A stretch of DNA of 64,000 nt from NCBI GenBank assembly GCA_025454955.1, contig JALONL010000015.1, positions 72,230-136,229 of the forward strand, read 5' to 3'. This DNA comes from Bacteroidia bacterium. GTDB lineage: Bacteria > Bacteroidota > Bacteroidia > Palsa-965. Every line of letters begins with the position of its first letter. Position 1 is the first letter of the stretch. The position numbers and the translations under genes were made by a program. The notes below the pieces were generated by a model. That model was not told the origin of the DNA, did not search any database, and saw only the letters and a program-made list of their open reading frames with translations. Shown in pieces: positions 38,408 to 48,115 of the stretch.

Positions 38408-39748
38408 ATGACATCAACCGCAAATTTTCCGCTCAGGCTTCAATTGGTGTATGCATCGGGCATGGCGGGATGGAGTATTCTGGTCAATCTTATTGGTGTG
38501 CTGCTGCCCTATTTTTATTTGCCTCCTGACAATGCGGGCTGGCAACCACTGCTGCCGCAGATAATGGTGCTGGGCGTGTTTAGCCTGCTGGCGGTAATTA
38601 CTTCGGCGGGGCGTTTGGGCGATGCGGTGTATGATCCGCTCATCGGGCAGTGGAGCGACAGGAGCACACACCGGCGCGGGCGGCGTATTCCGTTTATGAT
38701 GTGGAGCATTTTGCCTTCGGTGGTGACCTGTGTGCTGGTGTTTATGCCTCCGCACGAAACGGCTTCGGCAGCCAATGCGTGGTGGCTGGGCATTTCGCTG
38801 GTGTTGTTTTTTGTATCGTCAACCACGTATATCATTCCCTGCAATGCCCTGCTGCCCGAACTGGCGAATACGCCCGAGGCGCGGGTGCGGCTTTCCACCT
38901 TGCAGCAGGCAGGGTTTACGCTGGGCATTGTGGTTTCGGCTTCGAGCAACAACCTTGCAGCGGGGCTTTTCGAGTGGCTGCATCTGGGCAGCCGCCGCGA
39001 GGCGTTGCAGGTGGCCATTGCCATACTGAGTGTGCTGGCGGGCGTGTTTTTGCTGCTGCCCGTACTTTTTATCGACGAGCGCAAATACTGTACGGCACAG
39101 CCTGCGCACCAGCCGTTGTTTAAAGCCATACGTTCGGCGCTGGGCAATGCCTCGTTCCGCATTTATATTGTGGCCGATTTTGCCTACTACATGGCACTGT
39201 ACATTATTACCAGCGGACTGCTGTATTATGTAACCGTGCTTACCGGCCAGCCCGAGTCGTTTGGCGTGGTGCTCATGGCTTCGATGGTGGGCGTATCGCT
39301 GCTGTTTTATCCGCTCATAAACATGCTGGCGCGCCGCATAGGCAAGAAAAAATTAGTGCTGGCCGCATTTGCGGTGCTGGCAGGCGTGTGCGCGAGTGTG
39401 TACGGGCTGGGGCATTTTCCGGCGCAGGCTAAGGTGCAGTTGTTTGCCTTTGCCGCATTGGCCGCTTTTCCGCTGGCGGCGCTGGGCATTTTACCGCCCG
39501 CCATTCTGGCCGACATTGCCCGCCGCGATGCCGAACTTACCGGCGAAAACCGCGAAGGACTTTACTTTGCCGTAAAATACTTTGTGGTAAAACTGGGCCA
39601 GACTTTGGGCATTGCCGTATTTGCCACGCTGGCCGTTCTGGGCAAAGATCCCGGCAACGACCACGGACTGAGACTCACAGGAATTGCAGGCGCAATACTT
39701 TGTGTAATGGCGTTGCTGGTATTTCTGCGTTTCCGCGAGAAAGAATAA
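38408..39748 (+). CDS. MFS transporter, GPH (MelB-like) family
   Basis: DAVYDPLIGQWSDRS.HR.GRR.PF, ALLPEL, ILADIA..D....G..REGLYF; about 12 TM segments. Confidence 0.88.
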   Translation: MTSTANFPLRLQLVYASGMAGWSILVNLIGVLLPYFYLPPDNAGWQPLLPQIMVLGVFSLLAVITSAGRLGDAVYDPLIGQWSDRSTHRRGRRIPFMMWSILPSVVTCVLVFMPPHETASAANAWWLGISLVLFFVSSTTYIIPCNALLPELANTPEARVRLSTLQQAGFTLGIVVSASSNNLAAGLFEWLHLGSRREALQVAIAILSVLAGVFLLLPVLFIDERKYCTAQPAHQPLFKAIRSALGNASFRIYIVADFAYYMALYIITSGLLYYVTVLTGQPESFGVVLMASMVGVSLLFYPLINMLARRIGKKKLVLAAFAVLAGVCASVYGLGHFPAQAKVQLFAFAALAAFPLAALGILPPAILADIARRDAELTGENREGLYFAVKYFVVKLGQTLGIAVFATLAVLGKDPGNDHGLRLTGIAGAILCVMALLVFLRFREKE

Positions 39749-39749
39749 C

Positions 39750-39920
39750 TCAGGCCGCAGCAGTGGCGCCGGGCTGTACAAGTGTGTCGCGGAGTACGGG
39801 GCAATCGGTTTCCATTCCGGCAACGTCGGTGTAATCTTCCACTTTTACCTCGTAAGGCAGAAAGGCAAGAGCCAGTATGGCAAGGCAAACAAAAGCAAGA
39901 ATAAGTGCGGAGAGTAACAT
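39750..39920 (-). CDS. Small single-TM protein
   Basis: 56-aa ORF with hydrophobic N-terminus filling the gap between MFS and acpH. Confidence 0.4.
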   Translation of the reverse strand: MLLSALILAFVCLAILALAFLPYEVKVEDYTDVAGMETDCPVLRDTLVQPGATAAA

Positions 39921-39991
39921 GGTTCGGGTGGTTTGCACGCAAATATCGCCCGGCAAAATGAAGTGCATATCAACACCAAATTATCTTAATA

Positions 39992-40579
39992 TTACATTGC
40001 TTCTTCCCTGAAGACACGCGTATGTTCAACCAATGTGGGGAAGAAAATATCGAAATCCTGCTTGTATAAAAGGTAATCGCGTTCGAGAAACTGCGCCGCT
40101 TCTTCCATGTGCGATACAAAGGCCGTACGCCGGGCCATGCCGCTCAGCGCACGGTGTATGCCCTGAACGTGTGCGTAGCCCAGCAGCCAGTTGTTTTGTT
40201 TCATGTAGGGAAACATAAACTGAATGCGCGGCGGAAAAAGCAGCCAGTGCCTTTCGAGCAAACCGTAAATGCGATGCACATACGTTTCGAGTGGCTCGTC
40301 GGAATAATCGTTCCAGTTGCGGGCCAGGATATGGTCGTAAAACACATCGGTAATTACACCGGCGTAATGGTTAAACTTAGGACGCAGCCGGTCTTTGCTT
40401 TTAGACACTGCCGGGTGCGTATCGGTAAAATAGTCGATGGCGCGGTGCATACGTATTCCCTGCTGCACGGGCTCGGGAAAAGCGGCCAGGCTGCGGCCTT
40501 TTACGGCATCGCCTATGAGGTTGCCTACCAGTAAAGGTTCGCTGTTGCCCGAAAGATAGAAGTGTGCGAGGAAATTCAC
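39992..40579 (-). CDS. acpH: Acyl carrier protein phosphodiesterase
   Basis: GTG start giving (M)NFLAHFYLS; GNLIGDAVKG, GIRMHRAID.FTD.HP, DVFYDHILA. Confidence 0.9.
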   Translation of the reverse strand: MNFLAHFYLSGNSEPLLVGNLIGDAVKGRSLAAFPEPVQQGIRMHRAIDYFTDTHPAVSKSKDRLRPKFNHYAGVITDVFYDHILARNWNDYSDEPLETYVHRIYGLLERHWLLFPPRIQFMFPYMKQNNWLLGYAHVQGIHRALSGMARRTAFVSHMEEAAQFLERDYLLYKQDFDIFFPTLVEHTRVFREEAM

Positions 40580-40702
40580 TGTGTTAAAGGTAAGCAACAC
40601 GACATTAAGTGTGGCAACGAATTACTTTAATTTACTCCGGCGCAAATGGCACAGGTGATTTACTACTTTTACGCGAAACAGTAACCACCTTACACGCCTC
40701 CC

Positions 40703-41284
40703 ATGCCCGAAACTCATTTCCTGAATACAATATTCACCCCCGAAAACTTTGAGACTGAACAGCACCAGCTTATTCTCAGTCAGTTTAAACACCACACATT
40801 TAACAAAAACGATTTTCTGATTCCTTACGATCAGGTGGCGGGCTATTACTTTTTTCTGGAATCGGGCTATGCCCGCTCTTATGCCATGAATCCGGAGGGC
40901 GACGATATTACCACCAAATTTTTTGGGCCCGGCGATATTGTGATTGACTGGCACTCTTACTTTTTAAAATCAAAAAGCCGCGAGTCGATACAGGCCATTA
41001 CAAAATGTACGGCGTGGAAAATACATTTCGAAGACTTTATGAAACTCTTCAAGATAGAAGCGTTCAGGGAAGTGGGCCGCACCCGTTTGGTAAACAATTA
41101 TTTTGAACTGAAAAGTCACTCGGTTTCCATGATTGCCGATCCGGCCAAAGAACGCTACATGAATCTGGTAAAAGCCAAACCCGATATTGTGCAAAGTGTA
41201 CCGCTCAAACAAATAGCCACTTACCTCGGCGTTACCGATACTTCGCTGAGCCGTATCCGCAAAGAAATTGCCAAAACAAAATAA
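40703..41284 (+). CDS. Crp/Fnr-family transcriptional regulator
   Basis: cNMP-binding-like domain (FLESGYARSY) and C-terminal HTH QIATYLGVTDTSLSRIRKE. Confidence 0.88.
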   Translation: MPETHFLNTIFTPENFETEQHQLILSQFKHHTFNKNDFLIPYDQVAGYYFFLESGYARSYAMNPEGDDITTKFFGPGDIVIDWHSYFLKSKSRESIQAITKCTAWKIHFEDFMKLFKIEAFREVGRTRLVNNYFELKSHSVSMIADPAKERYMNLVKAKPDIVQSVPLKQIATYLGVTDTSLSRIRKEIAKTK

Positions 41285-41288
41285 GTCT

Positions 41289-42005
41289 ATGTGGTTAACT
41301 GAATTTCCGTTCGCACTTTCAATCCTGTTCTTACTTGCCTTTACTGCACCCGTATATATGCTGGCCAGGCTGTTCAGTTCGGCTGTGGACGAAAAGCGGC
41401 GAATGATGATTGGCGTGGTGCTTATCATTCTTTCTGTATTTTATCTCAGCTATGTTTCCATAGCCTGCTTCAACGGGCTATTTGCAGAAAACACATTGCC
41501 GCCCCGCATTTTGCAGCTTTCCACCCTGCCGCTCATTTTCGTATTGCTGGTGCTGGTGTTTAATATGCCTTTTTACAAACGCATAAATGCTACACTCACC
41601 ACCGAAGCTTTAGTGCGTGTGCATATTTTCAGGCTCATTGGCAGTTTCTTTCTCATACTGGCATTTTACAGGCAGCTTCCGGCAGTGTTTGCCTGCGTGG
41701 CAGGTATTGGCGACCTGATTACTGCAATCGGAAGTATATATGTGGCCAAACAAATTAAACTAAAAGGCACAAAAGCCAAAACACTTGTGCTCGTCTGGAA
41801 CACCTTCGGGTTGCTCGATATACTGGCCACCTCATCAATGGCATTTGCCTTTACGCGTCTGGCCATTGAAACGGGCCAACAGGGCGTAGAGGCACTGGGA
41901 GCATTTCCGTTCTGCTTTATTCCCGCATTTGCTCCGCCGGTTATCCTGTTTCTCCACCTTTCGGTGTACCGTAAGGTGCTGGTAAAGAAATATGCCGATA
42001 CCTGA
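41289..42005 (+). CDS. Multi-pass membrane protein
   Basis: Six to seven TM segments; VHIFRLIG, GIGD, WN.FGLLD, FPFCFIPAF motifs. Confidence 0.75.
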   Translation: MWLTEFPFALSILFLLAFTAPVYMLARLFSSAVDEKRRMMIGVVLIILSVFYLSYVSIACFNGLFAENTLPPRILQLSTLPLIFVLLVLVFNMPFYKRINATLTTEALVRVHIFRLIGSFFLILAFYRQLPAVFACVAGIGDLITAIGSIYVAKQIKLKGTKAKTLVLVWNTFGLLDILATSSMAFAFTRLAIETGQQGVEALGAFPFCFIPAFAPPVILFLHLSVYRKVLVKKYADT

Positions 42006-42023
42006 TCTTTAGTATATATCCGC

Positions 42024-42062
42024 AAAAAAACCTCTGCCCGGCTTCTGGCAGAGGTTTTTTTA
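42024..42062 (+). terminator. Intrinsic terminator
   Basis: A7-CCTCTGCC / GGCAGAGG-T7. Confidence 0.85.
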
Positions 42063-42074
42063 TGCGTTTTTGAT

Positions 42075-42094
42075 TTCTTGCCATAGGACAAGAA
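42075..42094. promoter_or_regulatory. FNR-like palindromic box upstream of yciI-like/SRPBCC genes
   Basis: TTCTTGCC-ATAG-GACAAGAA (TTGnn-N4-nnCAA geometry), 19 bp upstream of a TAGTTTTG -7 element at 42114-42121. Confidence 0.6.
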
Positions 42095-42167
42095 TCGGGT
42101 GAGTGGCGGGCAATAGTTTTGCCTCATCAAATAACAACAAACACTAATCACTAAAAAACAAAACATC

Positions 42168-42515
42168 ATGTCACAAGCCAAAGAATTCATGCTCCTGTTC
42201 CGTTTCGATGCCACACAAAACTACCAGCCCACCGAAGCCGAACTGGCCGAACAGCATCAGCAGTGGGGACAATTTATCGGCCACATTGCCATTCAGGAAA
42301 AACTGGTAAGCACATACCAGCTTGGCTTTACCGGAAAACTTGTAGCCACCGACAAAACCACTACCGACGGTATTTATATGGCACAGAATGAAGCATTGGG
42401 CGGCAACATGGTAATCAAAGCCAACTCCATAGAAGAGGCTGCCGAAATGGCTAAAAACTGCCCCATCCTCGCTATGGGCGGCCATGTAGAAGTACGCGAA
42501 ATTTTACCCATGTAA
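42168..42515 (+). CDS. YciI/DGPF-family protein
   Basis: FMLLFR, W..F, DG.Y, LGG.M.IKA.S.EEA.E.AK.CP.L..GG.VEVR. Confidence 0.85.
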   Translation: MSQAKEFMLLFRFDATQNYQPTEAELAEQHQQWGQFIGHIAIQEKLVSTYQLGFTGKLVATDKTTTDGIYMAQNEALGGNMVIKANSIEEAAEMAKNCPILAMGGHVEVREILPM

Positions 42516-42589
42516 TTTCTGCCACCAATTATTCTCACAAAACACTTCATCACTCCTCATTTTTACTCACTCCAAAAACAAACATCGTT

Positions 42590-43123
42590 ATGAAAATCAC
42601 ACTCCTTATCCTCGGCATTGCACTGGTTCTGTTTATTGGCTACGGACTCTATAAGGCCAGCCAGTTAAAAACCATCCGTATCGTAAAATCGGTTACCATT
42701 AAATGCCCGCGCGAAGAGGCTTTTTCCATGATTGTGGAACTAAAAAATTTCCCAAAATGGTCGCCATTTCTCAAGCAGGATCCATCGCAGAAATACGAAG
42801 TAAAAGGAACCGACGGAAAAGTGGGCGCACAATACCACTGGGTTGGAAACGGCGGTAAAGACGTGGGCTATCAGGAAATAACCGAAATCGACTCGCTGAA
42901 GTTGGTACGCACAAAATGCCATATCGAAAAACCTTTTGTGGCTCACCCCGACTTTGTATATACCCTTTCAGAATCTCCGGCGGGTGTAACCGTTACACAG
43001 GATTTCAAGGTAGAATCGGATCTGATGAGTGCATTTTTTATGTGGATGGGCGGAGCAAAAAAGGAAATGGAGAAAACCAACGAGCAGGGATTGCAATTAC
43101 TGAAAGAAGTTCTCGAAAAATAA
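42590..43123 (+). CDS. SRPBCC/START-family protein with N-terminal anchor
   Basis: WSPF..QDP, G.DG.VGA.Y.W.GN, VG.QEI, E.GL..LK.VLE. Confidence 0.85.
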   Translation: MKITLLILGIALVLFIGYGLYKASQLKTIRIVKSVTIKCPREEAFSMIVELKNFPKWSPFLKQDPSQKYEVKGTDGKVGAQYHWVGNGGKDVGYQEITEIDSLKLVRTKCHIEKPFVAHPDFVYTLSESPAGVTVTQDFKVESDLMSAFFMWMGGAKKEMEKTNEQGLQLLKEVLEK

Positions 43124-43480
43124 CCGGCGGCAAGGGTTAATTTCCCGTAAAAAAAGATGAAGTGTTTTATATAGTTTATACTGAAAAGAATTTGATAAAC
43201 CGCTGATTGATTATTTATTCCAAAGCTCATTTCCTTTGCTCAGGCATGGGAAATTTGCTTTTTGTAACGGGCAAAAACAGGCGGCAAAAATTGTATCAGC
43301 CCGGATATTTCCACCTTGCTTACCGGTTCCCTGCCAAACCGTGATTTTTCGGAAATATTGAAACGGATGGAAGGGTTGATTAAAGGCATTAGTTGGGTTT
43401 TTGCCGGATAAAAATCAAAAAAACGTCTAAAATCATATTGCTAAACACCCGGCTTTTCTGCCCGAACCGTGGTTTTGAGT

Positions 43481-43488
43481 TACATTTG
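43481..43488 (+). promoter_or_regulatory. Sigma-A -7 element for the tolC-adaptor-(ATPase-nuclease)-tsaB run
   Basis: TACATTTG 20 bp before the TolC ATG. Confidence 0.6.
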
Positions 43489-43508
43489 CACACATCTGTC
43501 TATTGCCC

Positions 43509-44954
43509 ATGTATCGACTGTTTCTATTATTCAGCGTACTGTCTTTCCTCGCCCCGGCGTTAAGTTGTGCGCAAACCACTTCATCCGCGCCCGCTGCCGG
43601 GCAGCCGTGGAATTTGCAGCAGTGCATTGAGTATGCACTCACGCACAACATACAGGTGCAGCAAACGCGCCTCAATGCCGATCTGGCGCAGGCCAATTTG
43701 CAACAAAGCAAGGCCAATGTGCTGCCCAACCTCAATGCCACGGCGGCGCACAGCTACCAGTTTGGCCGGACGGTTGACCGCTTTACCAACACTTTTGCCG
43801 ACGGCACCGTGCTTTCGCAAAACTTTTTTGTGAGCAGCAACATTACTCTCTTTGCCGGCGGCCAGAACTACAATACCATACGCCAGAACCAGTATGCCGT
43901 GCAGGCCGGTCAGGCGCAGGTGGCACAAACGCAAAACGACATCAGCCTTAACGTGGCCACCGCCTACCTCAATGTGCTTTTTGCCGAAGAGCAGTTTGCC
44001 GTGGCCGAAGACCAGGTGGCACTTACGCTTACTCAGGTTGAACGCCTCCGCAAATTAGTGGATGCCGGTGCCAGCGCCAAAGGCCCGCTCCTCGACCTGC
44101 AGGCGCAGTTGGCGCAGGAAGAACTTACCCGCGTTAACTCGGGCAACAACGTCACAATGGCCTACCTGAGCCTCACCCAGCTCATGAACTTAGACAGCAC
44201 CGAAGGCTTCCGCATTGTAAAACCCGAAATGCCCATGCCCTCCGAAAACATTGCGGCCAGCTCGTCGGGACAAATTTACCAGACGGCTCTGGGCACCATG
44301 CCCATGATTAAAAAAGCCCAGCTCGACCTGCGCGGTGCCGAACGCGGACTGAAAATTGCCTACGGTGCGCTGAGTCCGCGGCTGAGTGTACAGGGCTCGC
44401 TGGGCACAGGTTACTCGGGGCTGGCGCGCGATATTCTGAGCACTTCGGTTACCGGAAACAATGCCATTGGCTTTACCTCGGCCGGCGATGTGGTGTTTGT
44501 GCCGCAATTGGCCTACGAAACACGGGTTACGCCTTACATGGATCAGTACCGCAACAACGTAAACCGTGTAATCAGTTTCCAGCTAACGGTGCCTATTTTC
44601 AACAACCTGCAAACGCACACCGCCATAACCCGCGCCCGCATACAGCAGGAAAACGCACGCCTCACACTCGAACAGCAGGAACAGCAGTTGCGCCAGCAGG
44701 TGGACAAAGCCTACACCGACGCACAGGCCGCGCTGCAACGCGTAAAAGCCTCGGAAGCCGCCCTCAACGCCGCCAACGAAGCATTCGTCTATGCGCAGAC
44801 ACGCTTTGAAGCCGGTGCCATACAGGCCATAGACTACGGCACCGCCAAAAACCGCGTGACACGCGCACAGGCCGATTTGCTGCAGGCGCGTTTCGACTAC
44901 ATTCTCAAACTCAAAGTCCTCGACTTTTATCAGGGCAAACCACTTACCTTCTGA
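43509..44954 (+). CDS. TolC-family outer-membrane efflux protein
   Basis: W.LQQCIEYAL..N; two OEP repeats; RF.AG; A..DYILKLKVLDFYQG. Confidence 0.92.
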   Translation: MYRLFLLFSVLSFLAPALSCAQTTSSAPAAGQPWNLQQCIEYALTHNIQVQQTRLNADLAQANLQQSKANVLPNLNATAAHSYQFGRTVDRFTNTFADGTVLSQNFFVSSNITLFAGGQNYNTIRQNQYAVQAGQAQVAQTQNDISLNVATAYLNVLFAEEQFAVAEDQVALTLTQVERLRKLVDAGASAKGPLLDLQAQLAQEELTRVNSGNNVTMAYLSLTQLMNLDSTEGFRIVKPEMPMPSENIAASSSGQIYQTALGTMPMIKKAQLDLRGAERGLKIAYGALSPRLSVQGSLGTGYSGLARDILSTSVTGNNAIGFTSAGDVVFVPQLAYETRVTPYMDQYRNNVNRVISFQLTVPIFNNLQTHTAITRARIQQENARLTLEQQEQQLRQQVDKAYTDAQAALQRVKASEAALNAANEAFVYAQTRFEAGAIQAIDYGTAKNRVTRAQADLLQARFDYILKLKVLDFYQGKPLTF

Positions 44955-44969
44955 TTCCAAATTCGCACC

Positions 44970-46340
44970 ATGAAACGCTTTCTGATTATCAGCGGAATTT
45001 TACTCGTCGTACTCATAGTGGTAGTGATGATTGTAAAAGGCGACGGCAGCAAGGCCATACGCGTGGCTACCGAAAAAGCCTCGCGCCGCAGCATTACCGA
45101 ACTGGTTTCGGCCAGCGGAAAAGTACAGCCCGAACAGGAAGTGAAAATTACTTCCGATGTATCGGGGCAGATTGTGGAACTGCTGGTGAAGGAAGGCGAC
45201 ACTGTGAAGAAAGGCCAGTTGCTGCTGCGCATTAATCCCAACGTATATGAATCGGCCGTGGAGCGGATGCAGGCAATGGTAAACGGTGCCCGCGCCAATC
45301 TGGCCACCAGCCAAGCGCGACTGGCCCAGTCGAAAGCACAATTGGCAAACACCGAACTGGCCTACAACCGCAACAAAAAACTGCACGACCAGAAAGCCAT
45401 TTCGGATGCCGAGTATGAAACCGCCAAAGCCCAGTACGAAAGCGCCAAAGCCGATGTACAGGCCGCAAGCGAAAGCGCCCGCAGTGCCGATTTTAACGTG
45501 AGCAGCAGTGCCGCATCGCTCAAAGAAGCCAACGAAAATTTAACGCGCACCAGCATTTACGCGCCCGTATCGGGCACCATTTCGAAATTGGCCAAACGCA
45601 AAGGCGAAAGCGTGCTGGGCAATGCGCAAATGGCCGGCGAAGTTATTTTAACCATTGCCAACCTGCTGGAAATGGAAGTGCAGGTGGATGTAAACGAAAA
45701 CGACATTCTCCGCGTTCACCTCAACGACACTGCGCTTATAGAAGTGGAAGCGCACGACAATCGCAAGTTCAAAGGCATTGTAACCGAGGTGGCCAACTCA
45801 GCCACTTCCACCGGACTCAACACCGATCAGGTCACCAATTTCTCGGTGAAAGTGCGCATACTGCGCGAGTCGTACAAAGACCTGATGAAAACCGAACGCC
45901 CCAATGAATATCCGTTTCTGCCGGGCATGTCGGCCACGGTGGATATTCAAACGCGCTCGGTGCAAAATGCCATTGCCGTGCCCATCCAATCGGTAACCAC
46001 CCGCACCGACACCGCCGCCAAAACCGGCACCGGCGAAGACTTAGCCAAAGGCAGCGATGCCGGAGGCCCCCCGCCCGCCCTGCAAACCGGCGACAAACGC
46101 GAAGCCAAAACCGAAACACCCGAGCCGATTGAGTGTGTGTTTGTACTACGCGATGGAAAGGTGAAACTGATTGCGGTAAAGACAGGTGTACAGGACAATC
46201 AGTATATTGAAATAGTTTCGGGTTTGAAGGAAGGCGATGAAGTGGTGAGTGCGCCGTTTAGTGCGATACGTACCAAGCTGTACAATGGTGCATCGGTAGA
46301 GAAAGTGTCGAAAGACGATCTGGTGGCGGATACGGAATAA
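44970..46340 (+). CDS. Efflux periplasmic adaptor (HlyD/MacA-like)
   Basis: ASGKVQP..EV.I.S.VSG.I.EL.VKEGD.V.KGQLL; APVSGTI; LPGMSA.V.I; VSGL.EGDEVV. Confidence 0.92.
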   Translation: MKRFLIISGILLVVLIVVVMIVKGDGSKAIRVATEKASRRSITELVSASGKVQPEQEVKITSDVSGQIVELLVKEGDTVKKGQLLLRINPNVYESAVERMQAMVNGARANLATSQARLAQSKAQLANTELAYNRNKKLHDQKAISDAEYETAKAQYESAKADVQAASESARSADFNVSSSAASLKEANENLTRTSIYAPVSGTISKLAKRKGESVLGNAQMAGEVILTIANLLEMEVQVDVNENDILRVHLNDTALIEVEAHDNRKFKGIVTEVANSATSTGLNTDQVTNFSVKVRILRESYKDLMKTERPNEYPFLPGMSATVDIQTRSVQNAIAVPIQSVTTRTDTAAKTGTGEDLAKGSDAGGPPPALQTGDKREAKTETPEPIECVFVLRDGKVKLIAVKTGVQDNQYIEIVSGLKEGDEVVSAPFSAIRTKLYNGASVEKVSKDDLVADTE

Positions 46341-46357
46341 TTTTAACTTAATATGCT

Positions 46358-47632
46358 ATGGAAAAATTAGTGATTACCAAGTTCGGGCAGTTGGAGAATA
46401 TCACGTTTGACGTGAAAGACTTTACTGTGCTTATTGGGCCGCAAGCGAGTGGGAAGAGTACGATAGGAAAACTAGTATATATATTCAAATCAGTATTTCA
46501 AGCATTATCTCTTTATACAGTAAATAGAATTTCTCTGAATGAAGAAATATCATTTAAAGATTTTACCTCATCTAATATTAGACAAAATCTTGACCGCTTA
46601 TTTACTTCTTCCTCATACAGGAAAAACACAAAAATAACATTCTACTATCAGTCAGATTTTTATATCGACATTGAAAATAAAGGAGATATAAATATAGTAA
46701 CGTTTTCCAGTGCTTTTGAGAGCAAATTAGACTCTATTGAAGATAAATACTATGAAATAATTAACTCAACAAAGTTCATTGAAAACTCTAAATCCAAAAA
46801 TAGATTTGAATTTATTGTGGATTTTTTATGGGATTTCATTCCAAGTGAATTTGAATTTAGTAGTAGTAAATATCAAGACGTTTTATATATACCATCAGGA
46901 AGGAGTATAGTATCAGTATCGCCAGACTTAACCCATGATTTTAAAAACATACATAACAATCCAATAATTGATCATTTTATACAGAGAGTGTCGATTTACA
47001 GAAATGAATTTTCTAATAATTTAGAATATTTAGCCAAAAAAAACAATATCAACCTACAAGAAAACCTTATAATCCAAACTGCAATAAATAAAATAAAATC
47101 AATACTTTCTGGAGAATTTAAATATGACAATAATGGCGGTGAAATAACATCGGGAGATGCCAAAGTAATGATCAGTCAGGCATCTTCCGGTCAACAAGAA
47201 TCATTATGGATATTACTATTAATATATATACAATTTATTTACAACAAATCACAGAATTGCTTCTTGATAATTGAAGAACCGGAAGCAAATTTATTCCCAA
47301 AAGCTCAAGTAGAAATTGCGGAATTAATTGCACTACTTGCCAATAATAGCAATACAAAACTATTCATCACAACACACAGTCCGTATGTTTTAGCCAGTTT
47401 TAACAATCTTATTTATGCATATCAAAAAAGCAGGATAGATCCGGTAAAGACCGACAAAATTGTCCCCAAATCACTTTGGCTGAATATTGAGCATGTTTAT
47501 GCCGGTTATCTCGAAAATGGCAAGTTGGAGGACATTATTGACACCGAAATAAATCAGATTAAAAACGAGATGGTGGACACTGCTTCTAGGAAAGTGAATA
47601 ATAGCTATGATCAGTTATTTGATATAGATTAA
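46358..47632 (+). CDS. ABC-type ATPase (AAA_15/AAA_21-like), AT-rich
   Basis: Walker A GPQASGKS, signature-like ASSGQQ, Walker B LIIEEPE, H-loop ITTHSPY; no TM partner. Confidence 0.88.
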   Translation: MEKLVITKFGQLENITFDVKDFTVLIGPQASGKSTIGKLVYIFKSVFQALSLYTVNRISLNEEISFKDFTSSNIRQNLDRLFTSSSYRKNTKITFYYQSDFYIDIENKGDINIVTFSSAFESKLDSIEDKYYEIINSTKFIENSKSKNRFEFIVDFLWDFIPSEFEFSSSKYQDVLYIPSGRSIVSVSPDLTHDFKNIHNNPIIDHFIQRVSIYRNEFSNNLEYLAKKNNINLQENLIIQTAINKIKSILSGEFKYDNNGGEITSGDAKVMISQASSGQQESLWILLLIYIQFIYNKSQNCFLIIEEPEANLFPKAQVEIAELIALLANNSNTKLFITTHSPYVLASFNNLIYAYQKSRIDPVKTDKIVPKSLWLNIEHVYAGYLENGKLEDIIDTEINQIKNEMVDTASRKVNNSYDQLFDID

Positions 47633-47642
47633 ATATATATAT

Positions 47643-48110
47643 ATGGCACCTAAACAGACAGATTGTTTTTTATTTGGAAAAGATTGGGTTGACGTAAAAA
47701 ACAGCCAGAATATTTCATTAAAAGAAAAAAAAGAAAGTTCCATCTATCAAATAAAGAATCCTGATCTTATCGATCTTTATATATACAAGGTAGATGGCGG
47801 AATAAGTAAGTCAAAAAATGAAAAATGTGACTATCTTATACTGAAATGTACTACAGAAAAGCCTGATGCTTATTTTATTGAACTAAAGGGAAATGATTTA
47901 TTGAAAGCCGTTGACCAGATTACCGCTACTATTGATAATTACAAGAATGATCTGAAAGAACACAGGATTTATGCCCGGATAGTGGTTAGTAGAGTCATAT
48001 CTACACACATTTATGATAGCCGTTATAAAAAACTGAATGTCAAGATAAAGGAGCTTCGTGGTGATCTGAAAACACAAAGCCAGAAAATGATTGAAACAAT
48101 CCGCGCATAA
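47643..48110 (+). CDS. Small PD-(D/E)xK-like putative nuclease, AT-rich
   Basis: 155 aa with KCDYL...YFIELKG...AVDQI pattern; 10 bp downstream of the ATPase. Confidence 0.6.
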   Translation: MAPKQTDCFLFGKDWVDVKNSQNISLKEKKESSIYQIKNPDLIDLYIYKVDGGISKSKNEKCDYLILKCTTEKPDAYFIELKGNDLLKAVDQITATIDNYKNDLKEHRIYARIVVSRVISTHIYDSRYKKLNVKIKELRGDLKTQSQKMIETIRA

Positions 48111-48115
48111 ACAAT

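Noticed and set aside
46358-47632. ATPase as the missing MacB/ABC pump for the TolC-adaptor pair
   Set aside because: It has no TM domain or permease partner, has a long insert between Walker A and B typical of AAA_15/21 defence-type ATPases, and differs sharply in base composition.
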